A stretch of 64,000 nucleotides of DNA, taken from contig JANQRS010000016.1 in assembly GCA_028284445.1 (NCBI GenBank), positions 80,441 to 144,440 of the forward strand. Direction: 5' to 3'. The notes under the pieces were generated by a model that did no database searches, had not been told where the DNA came from, and worked only from the letters and a program-made list of their open reading frames with translations. This DNA is from Calditrichia bacterium. GTDB taxonomy: Bacteria > Calditrichota > Calditrichia > RBG-13-44-9 > J075. Shown here in pieces: positions 47,849 to 56,982 of the stretch. A program made the position numbers and the translations under genes. How positions within the stretch are numbered: the stretch's first letter is position 1; every line of letters begins with the position of its first letter.

Positions 47849-49444
47849 ATGTGTATGCAGTTAATGATTCGGATAATATTTATCGGGTGTGTGTTGAGCG
47901 CTGCGCTGTTTGCTCACCAGGACTCACCGGATGACCAGGTGCTCTTCTTCGACGCCAAGAAAAAAGTGATGTCTGAGGCGTATCTGGATGCCATTAATGA
48001 CCTGGAAAAGCTGGTTGACAGCTATCCGGAAAGCCGTTATGTCGATGACGCCAAGTTTTGGATTGGGTACTGCCTGGAAAAGATCCCTGAGCGGCAAATC
48101 GAGGCGTTCAAGGCATTTCAGCTGGTGGTGAGCAACTTCCCGGCAAGCTCCTGGGCTGACGATGCCCTTGCTCACCAGATTATGTTGGCGGAGCAGTTTG
48201 TGCGCAACGGCAAGGAAGAATATCGGGATGTGCTCGAGAAGCAGCTGGACAATAGTAATGAAGATGTGCAGTATCAGGCCGCTATTTCGCTCGGCAAATT
48301 GGGCGACCAACAGGCGCTGCCGGCGCTACGGGAAATGCAGCAAGTAGAGCGCTGGCGCTCTACCGCCTCGGAGTTGCTGCGGAATTTCGAGAATGATGCC
48401 TCCGTGCCGGGCCTGGAAAACTACTCCGTGTTTGGTCCCGGTATTCCCGAATACCGGCGCGAAAATCCTGAGGATATTGTCTTGCCGAGCGAAGGAATAG
48501 ATCTGCTGACCATCCAGCCGGAGCGCTACCGCCATTATCGCAGTATGTTGAAGACCGATAAGGACTGGCAACTGCCGGAACTGGTTGATTTCGGCCTTTG
48601 GCATATTCTGAATATTGAAGAATTTGCAGACTATAATGGACTGAGTAGCACCTTTGACCGGCGTGAATGGCTGCGAAAGTTCTGGAAAGAAAACGATCCC
48701 ACGCCAACCACAGAAAAGAATGAGCTGAAGGACGAATTCGTTAAGCGAATCGTTTATGCCCATCAACATTTTTCGGAACCAATGAAGTCCAAGAAACAGC
48801 AATATCTGGAGGACCAATATCTGATGACAGGCGTACCGCGTGCCCCGTGGGACTCGCGTGGTGAGATGTATGTTAAGTTCGGTAACCCCGATCACCGCGG
48901 TGTTCTGGCCCTCAGCCGCGAGCGCTGGAATTACGGACGCTACCAGATCTCTTTTATTATCAAAAAGCACGTGACCAACATCTATGGAAACGGTATCCAG
49001 GGAAATTCCTTCCTGGCGCGCCTCGGTCCGGCATATGATCAGTCGGAGATGGTCCGTGCAAATTATATCGATCGCGAACAATTTCATTTCATGGCAGATT
49101 ATCAGAAGAAGATGATCGAGGGTCTGGAAGTGCAGGTCAAACCGGGTAGCAGCGGTAGCAGCGAGATTCGCTTACAGGTGCCGTTGGCGGAATTTAAACC
49201 GGAACGCGAAAACGAGATTTATCGCAAGCAACTGCGCTATACGATTGTGGCCTTTAATGAGGATATGGATGAAACCAAGCGGATATCAGAACGGACCTCT
49301 ATCGAAAGTCCGTCCCGTGGAAAAAAGGTACCCCTGACGGCCATCATTGCCTTGCCGGCCGGGGAATATCAAATTGGCATTCGCGTAGAGGATCCGGAAA
49401 GCGGCCTTCTGGCCATTGCGAAAACGGAACTGTCGGTGAAATGA
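47849..49444 (+). CDS. secreted HEAT/TPR-containing protein with GWxTD-like C-terminal domain
   Basis: Signal peptide; 'AISLGKLGDQQALPALREMQ' HEAT-like; 'APWDSRGEMYVKFGNPD....ERWNYGRYQISFII' resembles the GWxTD signature. Family assignment is tentative. Confidence 0.4.
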   Translation: MCMQLMIRIIFIGCVLSAALFAHQDSPDDQVLFFDAKKKVMSEAYLDAINDLEKLVDSYPESRYVDDAKFWIGYCLEKIPERQIEAFKAFQLVVSNFPASSWADDALAHQIMLAEQFVRNGKEEYRDVLEKQLDNSNEDVQYQAAISLGKLGDQQALPALREMQQVERWRSTASELLRNFENDASVPGLENYSVFGPGIPEYRRENPEDIVLPSEGIDLLTIQPERYRHYRSMLKTDKDWQLPELVDFGLWHILNIEEFADYNGLSSTFDRREWLRKFWKENDPTPTTEKNELKDEFVKRIVYAHQHFSEPMKSKKQQYLEDQYLMTGVPRAPWDSRGEMYVKFGNPDHRGVLALSRERWNYGRYQISFIIKKHVTNIYGNGIQGNSFLARLGPAYDQSEMVRANYIDREQFHFMADYQKKMIEGLEVQVKPGSSGSSEIRLQVPLAEFKPERENEIYRKQLRYTIVAFNEDMDETKRISERTSIESPSRGKKVPLTAIIALPAGEYQIGIRVEDPESGLLAIAKTELSVK

Positions 49445-49460
49445 CGCATGACCAATGAAA

Positions 49461-49499
49461 AATGACGAATGACAAATTTGACATTTGACATTCGTCATT
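49461..49499. repeat. AT-rich inverted repeat between convergent genes (aatgacgaatgacaaat / atttgacattcgtcatt)
   Basis: Arms are reverse complements of each other with 1 mismatch; shares a 16-mer (tttgacattcgtcatt) with 5164-5179. Confidence 0.4.
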
Positions 49500-49505
49500 T
49501 GAAAG

Positions 49506-51431
49506 TTACCCTTCAGTCGCTTTGACCATGATCTCCGTCATGCGTGAAAGGAAGTCCGTTGGTGAAGCAAGATCGGCATCCATCAATTGCGCGCCTTCAA
49601 AGAGCTGCAGGATGCACTGCCGTAGCAGTTGATCCTTGCTGTCGCCAAGGTTCAGGCGAGATAGGTTCTTGATCAAGGGATGCGTGGTGTTGATTTCCAG
49701 GATTTTCTTTGCAGATTGATAATCCTTCTGCATCATTTTCATCATGCGTTCCATCTGCGGATCGAGGCCGTTTGCACCAACCACCAAAGTCACTGCTGAA
49801 TCAACAAGACGTTTCGATTCGATCACATCTTCTACCCGGTCTCCCAAGGTCTCCTTAAAGATCTCGATCAAGGATGTGGACAGATTGTCCGCCAGCGCCT
49901 CTTCGCTACGCTCTTCGTCAGATACTTCGATATCCGCTTTGTCAATCGACTTGATGGCTTTGCCTTCAAATTCATTAAGCGACGGTACGATGAAGATGTC
50001 TGCCGGATCGGTCAATAGCAGCACTTCGATTTCTTTCTTCTTAAAATATTCAAGGTTCGGGTTGCGCTCAAGCGTCGCGCGGTTTTCGCCGGAGATATAG
50101 AAAATCTCTTTGTCGTCTTCGCCCATTCTCGACACATACTTTTCCAGGGAAGTTTGCTTACCGGCTTCAGTAAATGTGGACTCAAAGCGCAGCAGCTTGA
50201 TGAGCCGATCACGATTGCTGAAATCGGTATTGATGCCCATCTTGAAGTAGGGACCAAAGTTGCTGAAGAATTTCTCGAATTTTTCCGGCTCGTTCTTCTC
50301 AAGCGTTTCCAGGTAACTGAGAATTTTGCCAACGATGATATTCTTGATTTTGGCCATTACCGGACTATTCTGCGTGACTTCCCGGGAAACATTCAGCGGG
50401 AGATCTTCGGTGTCAACCACGCCCTTGAGGAAACGGAGGTAATCCGGCAGGAGCTCCTTGCAGTCATCCTGGATAAAGATTTTCTTTACGTACAGCTGCA
50501 GCGATTTTTCATCTTCCAGGCGGGCAAAGGGACCGGGAGCGGTATCTGGAATAAAAATCAGCGCCTTGAAGTTCACTGCCCCTTCGATAGATAAATGCAG
50601 ATGCCCCAAAGGATTTTGATAATCGTTGCTCACAAATTTATAGAATTCATTCAGCTCTTCATCATTGATTTCGCTCTTCTGCCGATGCCAGAGCGCACCA
50701 ACGCGATTAATTTCCTTACCATTCAACAGGATCGGGAAGTCCACAAAATTAGAGTATTTATTGATGATGTGCTCAATGCGATGATCTTCGCAGAATTCAC
50801 GCGACTTTTCATTCAGTTCGAAGGTGATGGTTGTTCCGCGCTCAACTTTGTCGATTGTCTCAATGGTGAAAGTACCCTGTCCGTCAGATACCCAGCGCAG
50901 GCCTTCGGAGTCTTTGTCTGCGTGACGGGTTTCGATCGTCACCTGATCCGTAACCATGAAGACGGAGTAGAAGCCGACGCCGAATTGCCCAATCATATCG
51001 CCATCAATCTTTTGTTCGCTGTCTTTCAACTGCTTGATGAATTCCATGGTGCCGGAGCTGGCGACAGTACCAATACGGTTGATAAGGTCTTCACGGGTCA
51101 TACCGATACCGTGATCCGTAATGGACAATGTGCCTTTGTCCTTGTCTGCCGTAATCTCGATATTCAGCTTGGCATCCGGAGAAACCACTTCTTTGTCGGT
51201 CAGCATCCTGAAGCGCACTTTGTTGGTCGCATCCGAGGCATTGGAAATCAGTTCTCGCAGAAAGATTTCCGGATGGGTGTACAAAGAGTGGATAATGAGG
51301 TGAAGCAACTGCTTAAGTTCCGCTTGATATTCAAACTTTTGCACTTTGCTCTTGCTGCTTTTGCGCGTGGTTTTCCCGGCAGTTTTTGATGTTTTGCTGC
51401 TTTTAGGCGACTTGGCTTTGCTTTCAGCCAT
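49506..51431 (-). CDS. htpG: molecular chaperone HtpG (Hsp90)
   Basis: 'LRELISNASDA', 'GQFGVGFYS', full-length Hsp90 architecture. Confidence 0.95.
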   Translation of the reverse strand: MAESKAKSPKSSKTSKTAGKTTRKSSKSKVQKFEYQAELKQLLHLIIHSLYTHPEIFLRELISNASDATNKVRFRMLTDKEVVSPDAKLNIEITADKDKGTLSITDHGIGMTREDLINRIGTVASSGTMEFIKQLKDSEQKIDGDMIGQFGVGFYSVFMVTDQVTIETRHADKDSEGLRWVSDGQGTFTIETIDKVERGTTITFELNEKSREFCEDHRIEHIINKYSNFVDFPILLNGKEINRVGALWHRQKSEINDEELNEFYKFVSNDYQNPLGHLHLSIEGAVNFKALIFIPDTAPGPFARLEDEKSLQLYVKKIFIQDDCKELLPDYLRFLKGVVDTEDLPLNVSREVTQNSPVMAKIKNIIVGKILSYLETLEKNEPEKFEKFFSNFGPYFKMGINTDFSNRDRLIKLLRFESTFTEAGKQTSLEKYVSRMGEDDKEIFYISGENRATLERNPNLEYFKKKEIEVLLLTDPADIFIVPSLNEFEGKAIKSIDKADIEVSDEERSEEALADNLSTSLIEIFKETLGDRVEDVIESKRLVDSAVTLVVGANGLDPQMERMMKMMQKDYQSAKKILEINTTHPLIKNLSRLNLGDSKDQLLRQCILQLFEGAQLMDADLASPTDFLSRMTEIMVKATEG

Positions 51432-51775
51432 AATCTTCTCCTTTGTTACGTTCTTGCGGAATGTCCGCTGATATCAGATGACCTCATGCTATATTTCTAA
51501 CGAGGGATGAGATCGCGAAGTTTTCTCTAGTTGTATCGGAGGGCGGCGAGTTCTGCAACATCTACCCGCCCGAAAAAGATATAAACGTGCCTAATATAAA
51601 TTAGGAATTGAGCGATATCAAGAGGACCGCAGTTTTTTCGTTGCGCAGTCGCTACGGCCGTTTTGCAAATTGTTATTGGTTATGGTAAGTTATGGGCAAA
51701 AGCTTGCCTGAATTAGCGCTTATATTGACCCTCGCGTCATTTCCAGGAATCATACAGGTATCAGGAGGACTGAAT

Positions 51776-53260
51776 ATGCCCTTGCAATCCATACAGGAAT
51801 GGCCTCGTATTGAGAAAGCGGCTTTCAAAACAAAGATAGATCGCCTGCAAATTCGCTTGAAGCGGCTTCAGCGAACCGCCATCGAATTGGAAATTCCGGT
51901 CATTATCTTGTTTGAAGGGTGGGGGGCATCCGGAAAGGGAACCCAGATAAATCGCCTGATCCTCGATCTGGACCCGCGGCATTTTTCCGTACACTCGATA
52001 TTGATGGAGAAAGAGGAAGAAGCCTATCGGCCTTTCCTCTGGCGATTCTGGACGAAAATGCCTGCCAGGGGACGGATGGCCATTTTTGACCGCAGCTGGT
52101 ACCGGCGTGTGCATGTCGACCGGGTAAATAAGACCGTTCCCAAACAGTCCTGGCAAAATGCATTCAATGAGATTGCCCAATTTGAGCGGACATTGGCTGA
52201 TGATGGGACGACGATCATCAAATTTTTCCTTCACATCTCGGAAGGCGAGCAGAAAAAACGCTTTCGCCGCCTGGAAGCTGATTCGGCGACCGCCTGGCGG
52301 GTGACGAAAATGGATTGGCGCAATCACAAGCGCTACGAGAAATTCGTGAAAGTGTCGTCGGAGATGATTGAGCGAACGGATGTGCCGCATGCCCGCTGGA
52401 CGATTGTGCCTGCTGATCAGCAGCGCTACGCAACGCTGAAGATTTTCGAAACGACAATCGCTTCCTTACAGGGGGCAATCCGTAGAAAGCGTCGTCGAAT
52501 GAGAAGTGACTACAAGCCCCGGTCCGTGCGCCTGAGAAAGGTCACCTCTTCGCGCCTGGACAAGGCAAATATGAATCAGGCGCTCTCTCGCGAAGACTAT
52601 CGTGACATGTTGAGGCCCTTGCAAGACCGGATCAGGCAGTTGGAGCATCGCGTTTACCAGGAACGAGTTCCGGTGGTGATTTTATACGAAGGGTGGGATG
52701 CTGCTGGCAAAGGGGGGAACATCAAGCGCCTCACACAACGGATGGATCCTCGCGGTTACGAAGTTATACCTATTGCGGCGCCGAATGATATTGAAAAGCG
52801 CCATCATTACCTGTGGCGATTTTGGAATCATGTGCCTAAAGCCGGACATATTGCTATTTTTGATCGCACCTGGTATGGGCGAGTGCTGGTGGAGCGCATT
52901 GAGGGATTTGCCAGCGAGGCGGAGTGGCGGCGCGCTTACCGTGAAATCAATGAATTTGAGGCGCAGTTGACCGCAGCCCGCACAGTGCTTCTGAAGTTCT
53001 GGCTACATATTGACCAGGACGAACAACTGCGTCGTTTCAAGGAACGTCAGGCGATACCCGACAAGAACTGGAAGATTACGGAAGAAGATTGGCGGAACCG
53101 GGACAAATGGGATGACTATTATCAGGCTGTTGACGAAATGATATTTCGCACGAGCAAGGAAAATACGCCCTGGACAGTTGTGGAAGCCAATTCCAAACTC
53201 TTCGCTCGAATTAAGGTGCTGCGCACAACGATTGCTGCGATTGAAGCGGCTCTGGGGTAG
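51776..53260 (+). CDS. ppk2: two-domain polyphosphate kinase 2 (PPK2 class with duplicated P-loop kinase domains; polyP:AMP/ADP phosphotransferase)
   Basis: Two Walker-A-containing PPK2 repeats, 'VIILFEGWGASGKGT' and 'VVILYEGWDAAGKGG'; start set at MPLQS (aggagga RBS). Confidence 0.85.
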   Translation: MPLQSIQEWPRIEKAAFKTKIDRLQIRLKRLQRTAIELEIPVIILFEGWGASGKGTQINRLILDLDPRHFSVHSILMEKEEEAYRPFLWRFWTKMPARGRMAIFDRSWYRRVHVDRVNKTVPKQSWQNAFNEIAQFERTLADDGTTIIKFFLHISEGEQKKRFRRLEADSATAWRVTKMDWRNHKRYEKFVKVSSEMIERTDVPHARWTIVPADQQRYATLKIFETTIASLQGAIRRKRRRMRSDYKPRSVRLRKVTSSRLDKANMNQALSREDYRDMLRPLQDRIRQLEHRVYQERVPVVILYEGWDAAGKGGNIKRLTQRMDPRGYEVIPIAAPNDIEKRHHYLWRFWNHVPKAGHIAIFDRTWYGRVLVERIEGFASEAEWRRAYREINEFEAQLTAARTVLLKFWLHIDQDEQLRRFKERQAIPDKNWKITEEDWRNRDKWDDYYQAVDEMIFRTSKENTPWTVVEANSKLFARIKVLRTTIAAIEAALG

Positions 53261-53440
53261 CGCGCTGGATTTTCATCGATCAAGGATTACTTTTTAATCT
53301 CACCTGAGGGCGGCTGATAGAGATTGTAAAAGAGTAACGCGAATCTTCGCGAATAAACCCGAATGATTTGGATCTTGTTTGTCGCCTAAGCAGCAATCTA
53401 CAAATTCGCGTAAATTCGTGGTAGACTTTTTGACTCTTCC

Positions 53441-53467
53441 TTCCCGGGGGGAGATGGGGGGGGATTG
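53441..53467. repeat. half-copy of the G/C-tract palindromic element, between ppk2 and ppk1
   Basis: cccggggggagatgggggggat matches the right half of the 40097 copy (ccggggggagatagaggggggac). Confidence 0.4.
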
Positions 53468-53716
53468 GCATCGAATATAGCAACTGCAAACCGTGGATTT
53501 GAGAACGTCTTCCGAAAATATGTGCGCCTAATGACCTGGCTTAACATTCCGTTTATTAAATTGTAGCAAAATCTTAATCGTTTGTCATATTTATCGGCCT
53601 TTTTCTTACCTGGAATGCTTGTTTGGCGGTTTTTCTATGTCAATTATAGTCGAAAATCGTATATTATCCGAGTACGTCACAGGTGGTCTCAGACATCAAC
53701 CGCTATATGGAGCAAA

Positions 53717-55831
53717 ATGGGAAAGAATATTCGCAATAAGGAATTGAGCTGGCTTTCATTCAATGCCCGCTTGTTGCAAGAGGCATCTGACACCACGGTG
53801 CCGTTAATCGAACGGCTAAAATTTCTCGGTATCTTCTCTTCAAACCTGGATGAATTTTTTCGGGTACGCGTGGCCACCCTCAATCGCCTGGTGCCGATGG
53901 GACAGGCTGCTGTAAAGCTGATTGGTGCTGATCCCAAGGACGTTCTTCGGGAAATCGAAAAGGTCGTGCTGCTGCAGCAGGCAGATTTCGATGAAATCTA
54001 TCGCCGCTTGCTGAAGGAGCTGGAGCAGCACAATATATACATCGTCGATGAAAAGGGATTGATGTCCCGGCACGTTGAGTTTGTTCAGGATTATTTTCGT
54101 GAGAAGGTGCGGCCGGAACTCATTCCAATAATGATTGATCAGGTCTCAGAATTTCCGACACTCAAGGATCACTCCATCTACCTGGCTGTTCGTATGTCGC
54201 GGCGCGACGGCACCAAGAAACCCCGCTATTCAGTGATTCAGGTGCCGACCCACGTGATACCGCGCTTCCTGATTTTACCGGAATTGGATGGGCGTCAATA
54301 CGTCATGTTGCTCGATGACGTCATCCGTTTCTCGCTGGACAGTATTTTCTCGATCTTTAATTTTGACGACTACGAAGCCTATACCATTAAAGTAACGCGC
54401 GATGCGGAACTGGACCTCGACAGTGACCTCACGGAAAGCTTTATCCGCAAAATGTCCAAAGGTTTGAAGCAACGCAAACAAGGGCATCCGATCCGCTTTA
54501 TTTATGATTTGGAAATACCGGACAAATTCCTGCGTTTTCTGAGTAAACGTATGGAGTTGAAAGGGCGGGAGAGCACGCTCATTCCCGGGGCGCGCTATCA
54601 TAATTTTAAGGATTTCATGCGCTTCCCGCGCATTGGGCCGGATTCATTGCATTACGAGCCGATTTCGCCCTTGCCGCATCCGGCAATAGATCGCAGCCGC
54701 AGTTTATTGCAGACGATTGAAGAGCAGGACCTATTGCTTCATTATCCGTATCAGTCATTTGATTATGTGATCGACTTTTTGCGGGAGGCGTCAATTGATC
54801 CGAAGGTTACCAGCATCAAAATTACGCTTTACCGGGTTGCCAAGAATTCCCAGATTATCAATGCGCTGATCAATGCAGCGAAAAATGGCAAGACGGTGAA
54901 GGTCATTGTGGAGTTGCAGGCCCGCTTTGATGAAGAAGCAAATATTTTCTGGTCGGACCGCCTGCGTGAAGAAGGCGTTAAGGTGTTGCATGGCGTGCCG
55001 GGACTGAAAGTACATGCCAAAATGATCCTCGTTACCCGGAAAATCAAAGGGCGCAAGTATATTTACGCCAACGTATCTACCGGGAATTACAATGAAGCCA
55101 CGGCACGCATATACAGCGACCACAGCATGTTTACCAGTGACCGCTTTATTACCGCTGAACTGAATAAGGTTTTCGATTTCATGGAAAACAACTATAAGCG
55201 CGGCGCTTATCGCAAATTGTTCGTATCGCCTTTTAATACCCGCCAGCGTTTTGAAAAGTTGATTAACGAAGAAATCAAAAATGCCCAAAAGGGGAACGAG
55301 GCCTGGATCATCATAAAGATCAACAACCTGACTGATCCGCGAATGATTCGAAAATTGTATCAAGCCAGCAAGGCCGGTGTTAAAATTCGCCTGATGGTTC
55401 GCGGTATGTTTTCTGTTGTGCCGGGACAAAGCGGCCTTAGCGAAAACATCAAGGCTTCCGGTCTGATTGACCGCTATCTCGAACATACCCGGCTTTTCGC
55501 CTTTTGTCATGGCGGTGAAGAACGTTTCTTTATGTCGAGTGCCGATTGGATGCCTCGCAACCTGGACAGTCGCGTTGAAATCACAACCCCGATTTGGGAT
55601 GAAAATATTCGCCAGGAGCTGCGCGATTTTCTTGATATACACTGGCGGGATAACGTAAAAGCCAGGATTCTGGGCGAGCATTTGCGGAATCGCTATCGCG
55701 CTAAGGGTGAAGACGACGAAGTGCGCGCGCAAGATGCTGTATATCAATATCTACGTGAAAAACTGGCCGAGTCAAAATCAAACGGCATCAAGGTTCAGTC
55801 TGTGCTGGAGCCGGTTGAAGAAGAAAGCTAG
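53717..55831 (+). CDS. ppk: polyphosphate kinase 1
   Basis: 'FSSNLDEFFRVRVA', two PLD-like HKD-containing C-terminal domains ('VHAKMILV'); start set at MGKNIR (ggag RBS). Confidence 0.9.
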   Translation: MGKNIRNKELSWLSFNARLLQEASDTTVPLIERLKFLGIFSSNLDEFFRVRVATLNRLVPMGQAAVKLIGADPKDVLREIEKVVLLQQADFDEIYRRLLKELEQHNIYIVDEKGLMSRHVEFVQDYFREKVRPELIPIMIDQVSEFPTLKDHSIYLAVRMSRRDGTKKPRYSVIQVPTHVIPRFLILPELDGRQYVMLLDDVIRFSLDSIFSIFNFDDYEAYTIKVTRDAELDLDSDLTESFIRKMSKGLKQRKQGHPIRFIYDLEIPDKFLRFLSKRMELKGRESTLIPGARYHNFKDFMRFPRIGPDSLHYEPISPLPHPAIDRSRSLLQTIEEQDLLLHYPYQSFDYVIDFLREASIDPKVTSIKITLYRVAKNSQIINALINAAKNGKTVKVIVELQARFDEEANIFWSDRLREEGVKVLHGVPGLKVHAKMILVTRKIKGRKYIYANVSTGNYNEATARIYSDHSMFTSDRFITAELNKVFDFMENNYKRGAYRKLFVSPFNTRQRFEKLINEEIKNAQKGNEAWIIIKINNLTDPRMIRKLYQASKAGVKIRLMVRGMFSVVPGQSGLSENIKASGLIDRYLEHTRLFAFCHGGEERFFMSSADWMPRNLDSRVEITTPIWDENIRQELRDFLDIHWRDNVKARILGEHLRNRYRAKGEDDEVRAQDAVYQYLREKLAESKSNGIKVQSVLEPVEEES

Positions 55832-55846
55832 GGGCAGAGAGTAAGG

Positions 55847-56749
55847 GTGAAATTTGCTGCAATTGATGTCGGTTCAAATGCCGTTCGGCTTTTATTGAGC
55901 CGGGTTTTCGAAAACGATCAAGACCCTCCGTATTTCAGGCGCGAGTCGCTTATCCGGATTCCCTTGCGGCTCGGCGACGATGCTTTTACCTCAGGCAAGA
56001 TTTCCGATGAAAAAGTCGATATGTTCATAAATACCTTCAAAGGATTTAAGTACCTGATGGATGCGTATCAGCCTATCGACTACCTGGCCTGTGCCACATC
56101 CGCGATGCGCGAGGCTTCGAACGGACAGCAAATCGTAGAGACGGTTCGAAAAAAATGCAAGGTGAAGCTCGATATTATCAGCGGGGAATTTGAGGCTGAG
56201 ATTATCAAATCCAATCGCATCGACAGCCGCTTATCGCGAAAAGGCGCTTTTCTATATATTGACGTCGGCGGCGGAAGCACTGAATTGACGCTCTTCGCCG
56301 AAGGTAAGACGCTTGCTTCCCGATCCTTTAAAATCGGAACAGTTCGATTGTTAAAGGATCTCGTACCGCGTAAAAGCTGGGAGGAAATGAAGCGCTGGAT
56401 TAAAAGCAATGTGGAAGGTATAGCTGAAATTAACGGCGTAGGTAGCGGCGGGAATATCAGTAAACTGTTCCAAATGGCCAGGAAGAAGCACGATAAGCCA
56501 CTTTCATACAAGGATTTGAAGACGCTCGAACATTATATCGGCTTTCATACCTATGAAGAAAGAATCCGCCGTCTGGGATTGAAACCTGACCGGTCGGATG
56601 TTATATTGCCGGCTGTGCGAATTTACACATCCGTTATGAAATGGGCAGGTATTCGCAAGATATATGTACCGGAAATTGGCCTGGCAGACGGTATCATTCG
56701 GCTATTGTATGACCGGGAAAAAAATAATCAGTCCCGGAAAAACGGGTAA
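55847..56749 (+). CDS. ppx: Ppx/GppA-family exopolyphosphatase (N-terminal ASKHA domains only)
   Basis: 'AAIDVGSNAVRLL' and 'YIDVGGGSTEL' actin-like ATPase motifs; GTG start. Confidence 0.8.
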   Translation: MKFAAIDVGSNAVRLLLSRVFENDQDPPYFRRESLIRIPLRLGDDAFTSGKISDEKVDMFINTFKGFKYLMDAYQPIDYLACATSAMREASNGQQIVETVRKKCKVKLDIISGEFEAEIIKSNRIDSRLSRKGAFLYIDVGGGSTELTLFAEGKTLASRSFKIGTVRLLKDLVPRKSWEEMKRWIKSNVEGIAEINGVGSGGNISKLFQMARKKHDKPLSYKDLKTLEHYIGFHTYEERIRRLGLKPDRSDVILPAVRIYTSVMKWAGIRKIYVPEIGLADGIIRLLYDREKNNQSRKNG

Positions 56750-56982
56750 ACTTCAAGTCCGACCGTCCGATAGTTCAGGCTTGGGCAGATCACTGTTTCA
56801 TCCCACATGTTTAATATTGTATTTTTTTGAGGATCATCACCGCCTTACGTTGAGATATTACACTATATTGTCAACTTGATTCGATTATTTCGTTTCTCAC
56901 CGGCTTTTCTTTTGAATGGTTAATGAACGAATAGTCAACAAACGCAAAAACAGGTCATAAACTCGCAGGTATCTTACAAGCT

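Noticed and set aside
48326-49087. 253-aa minus-strand ORF opposite the GWxTD-like gene
   Set aside because: It has no RBS, is antisense to an ORF with a signal peptide and recognisable motifs, and is probably spurious.
50595-51389. 264-aa plus-strand ORF antisense to htpG
   Set aside because: It is a shadow ORF within conserved Hsp90.
51692-51775. N-terminal extension of ppk2 (track start 51692)
   Set aside because: A perfect RBS (aggagga) precedes the internal ATG at 51776, and the extension has no PPK2 homology.
53582-53716. N-terminal extension of ppk1 (track start 53582)
   Set aside because: PPK1 homology starts at MGKNIRNKELSW (53717) with a ggag RBS; the extension is hydrophobic junk.
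54791-55747. 318-aa minus-strand ORF antisense to ppk1
   Set aside because: It is a shadow ORF within conserved PPK1.
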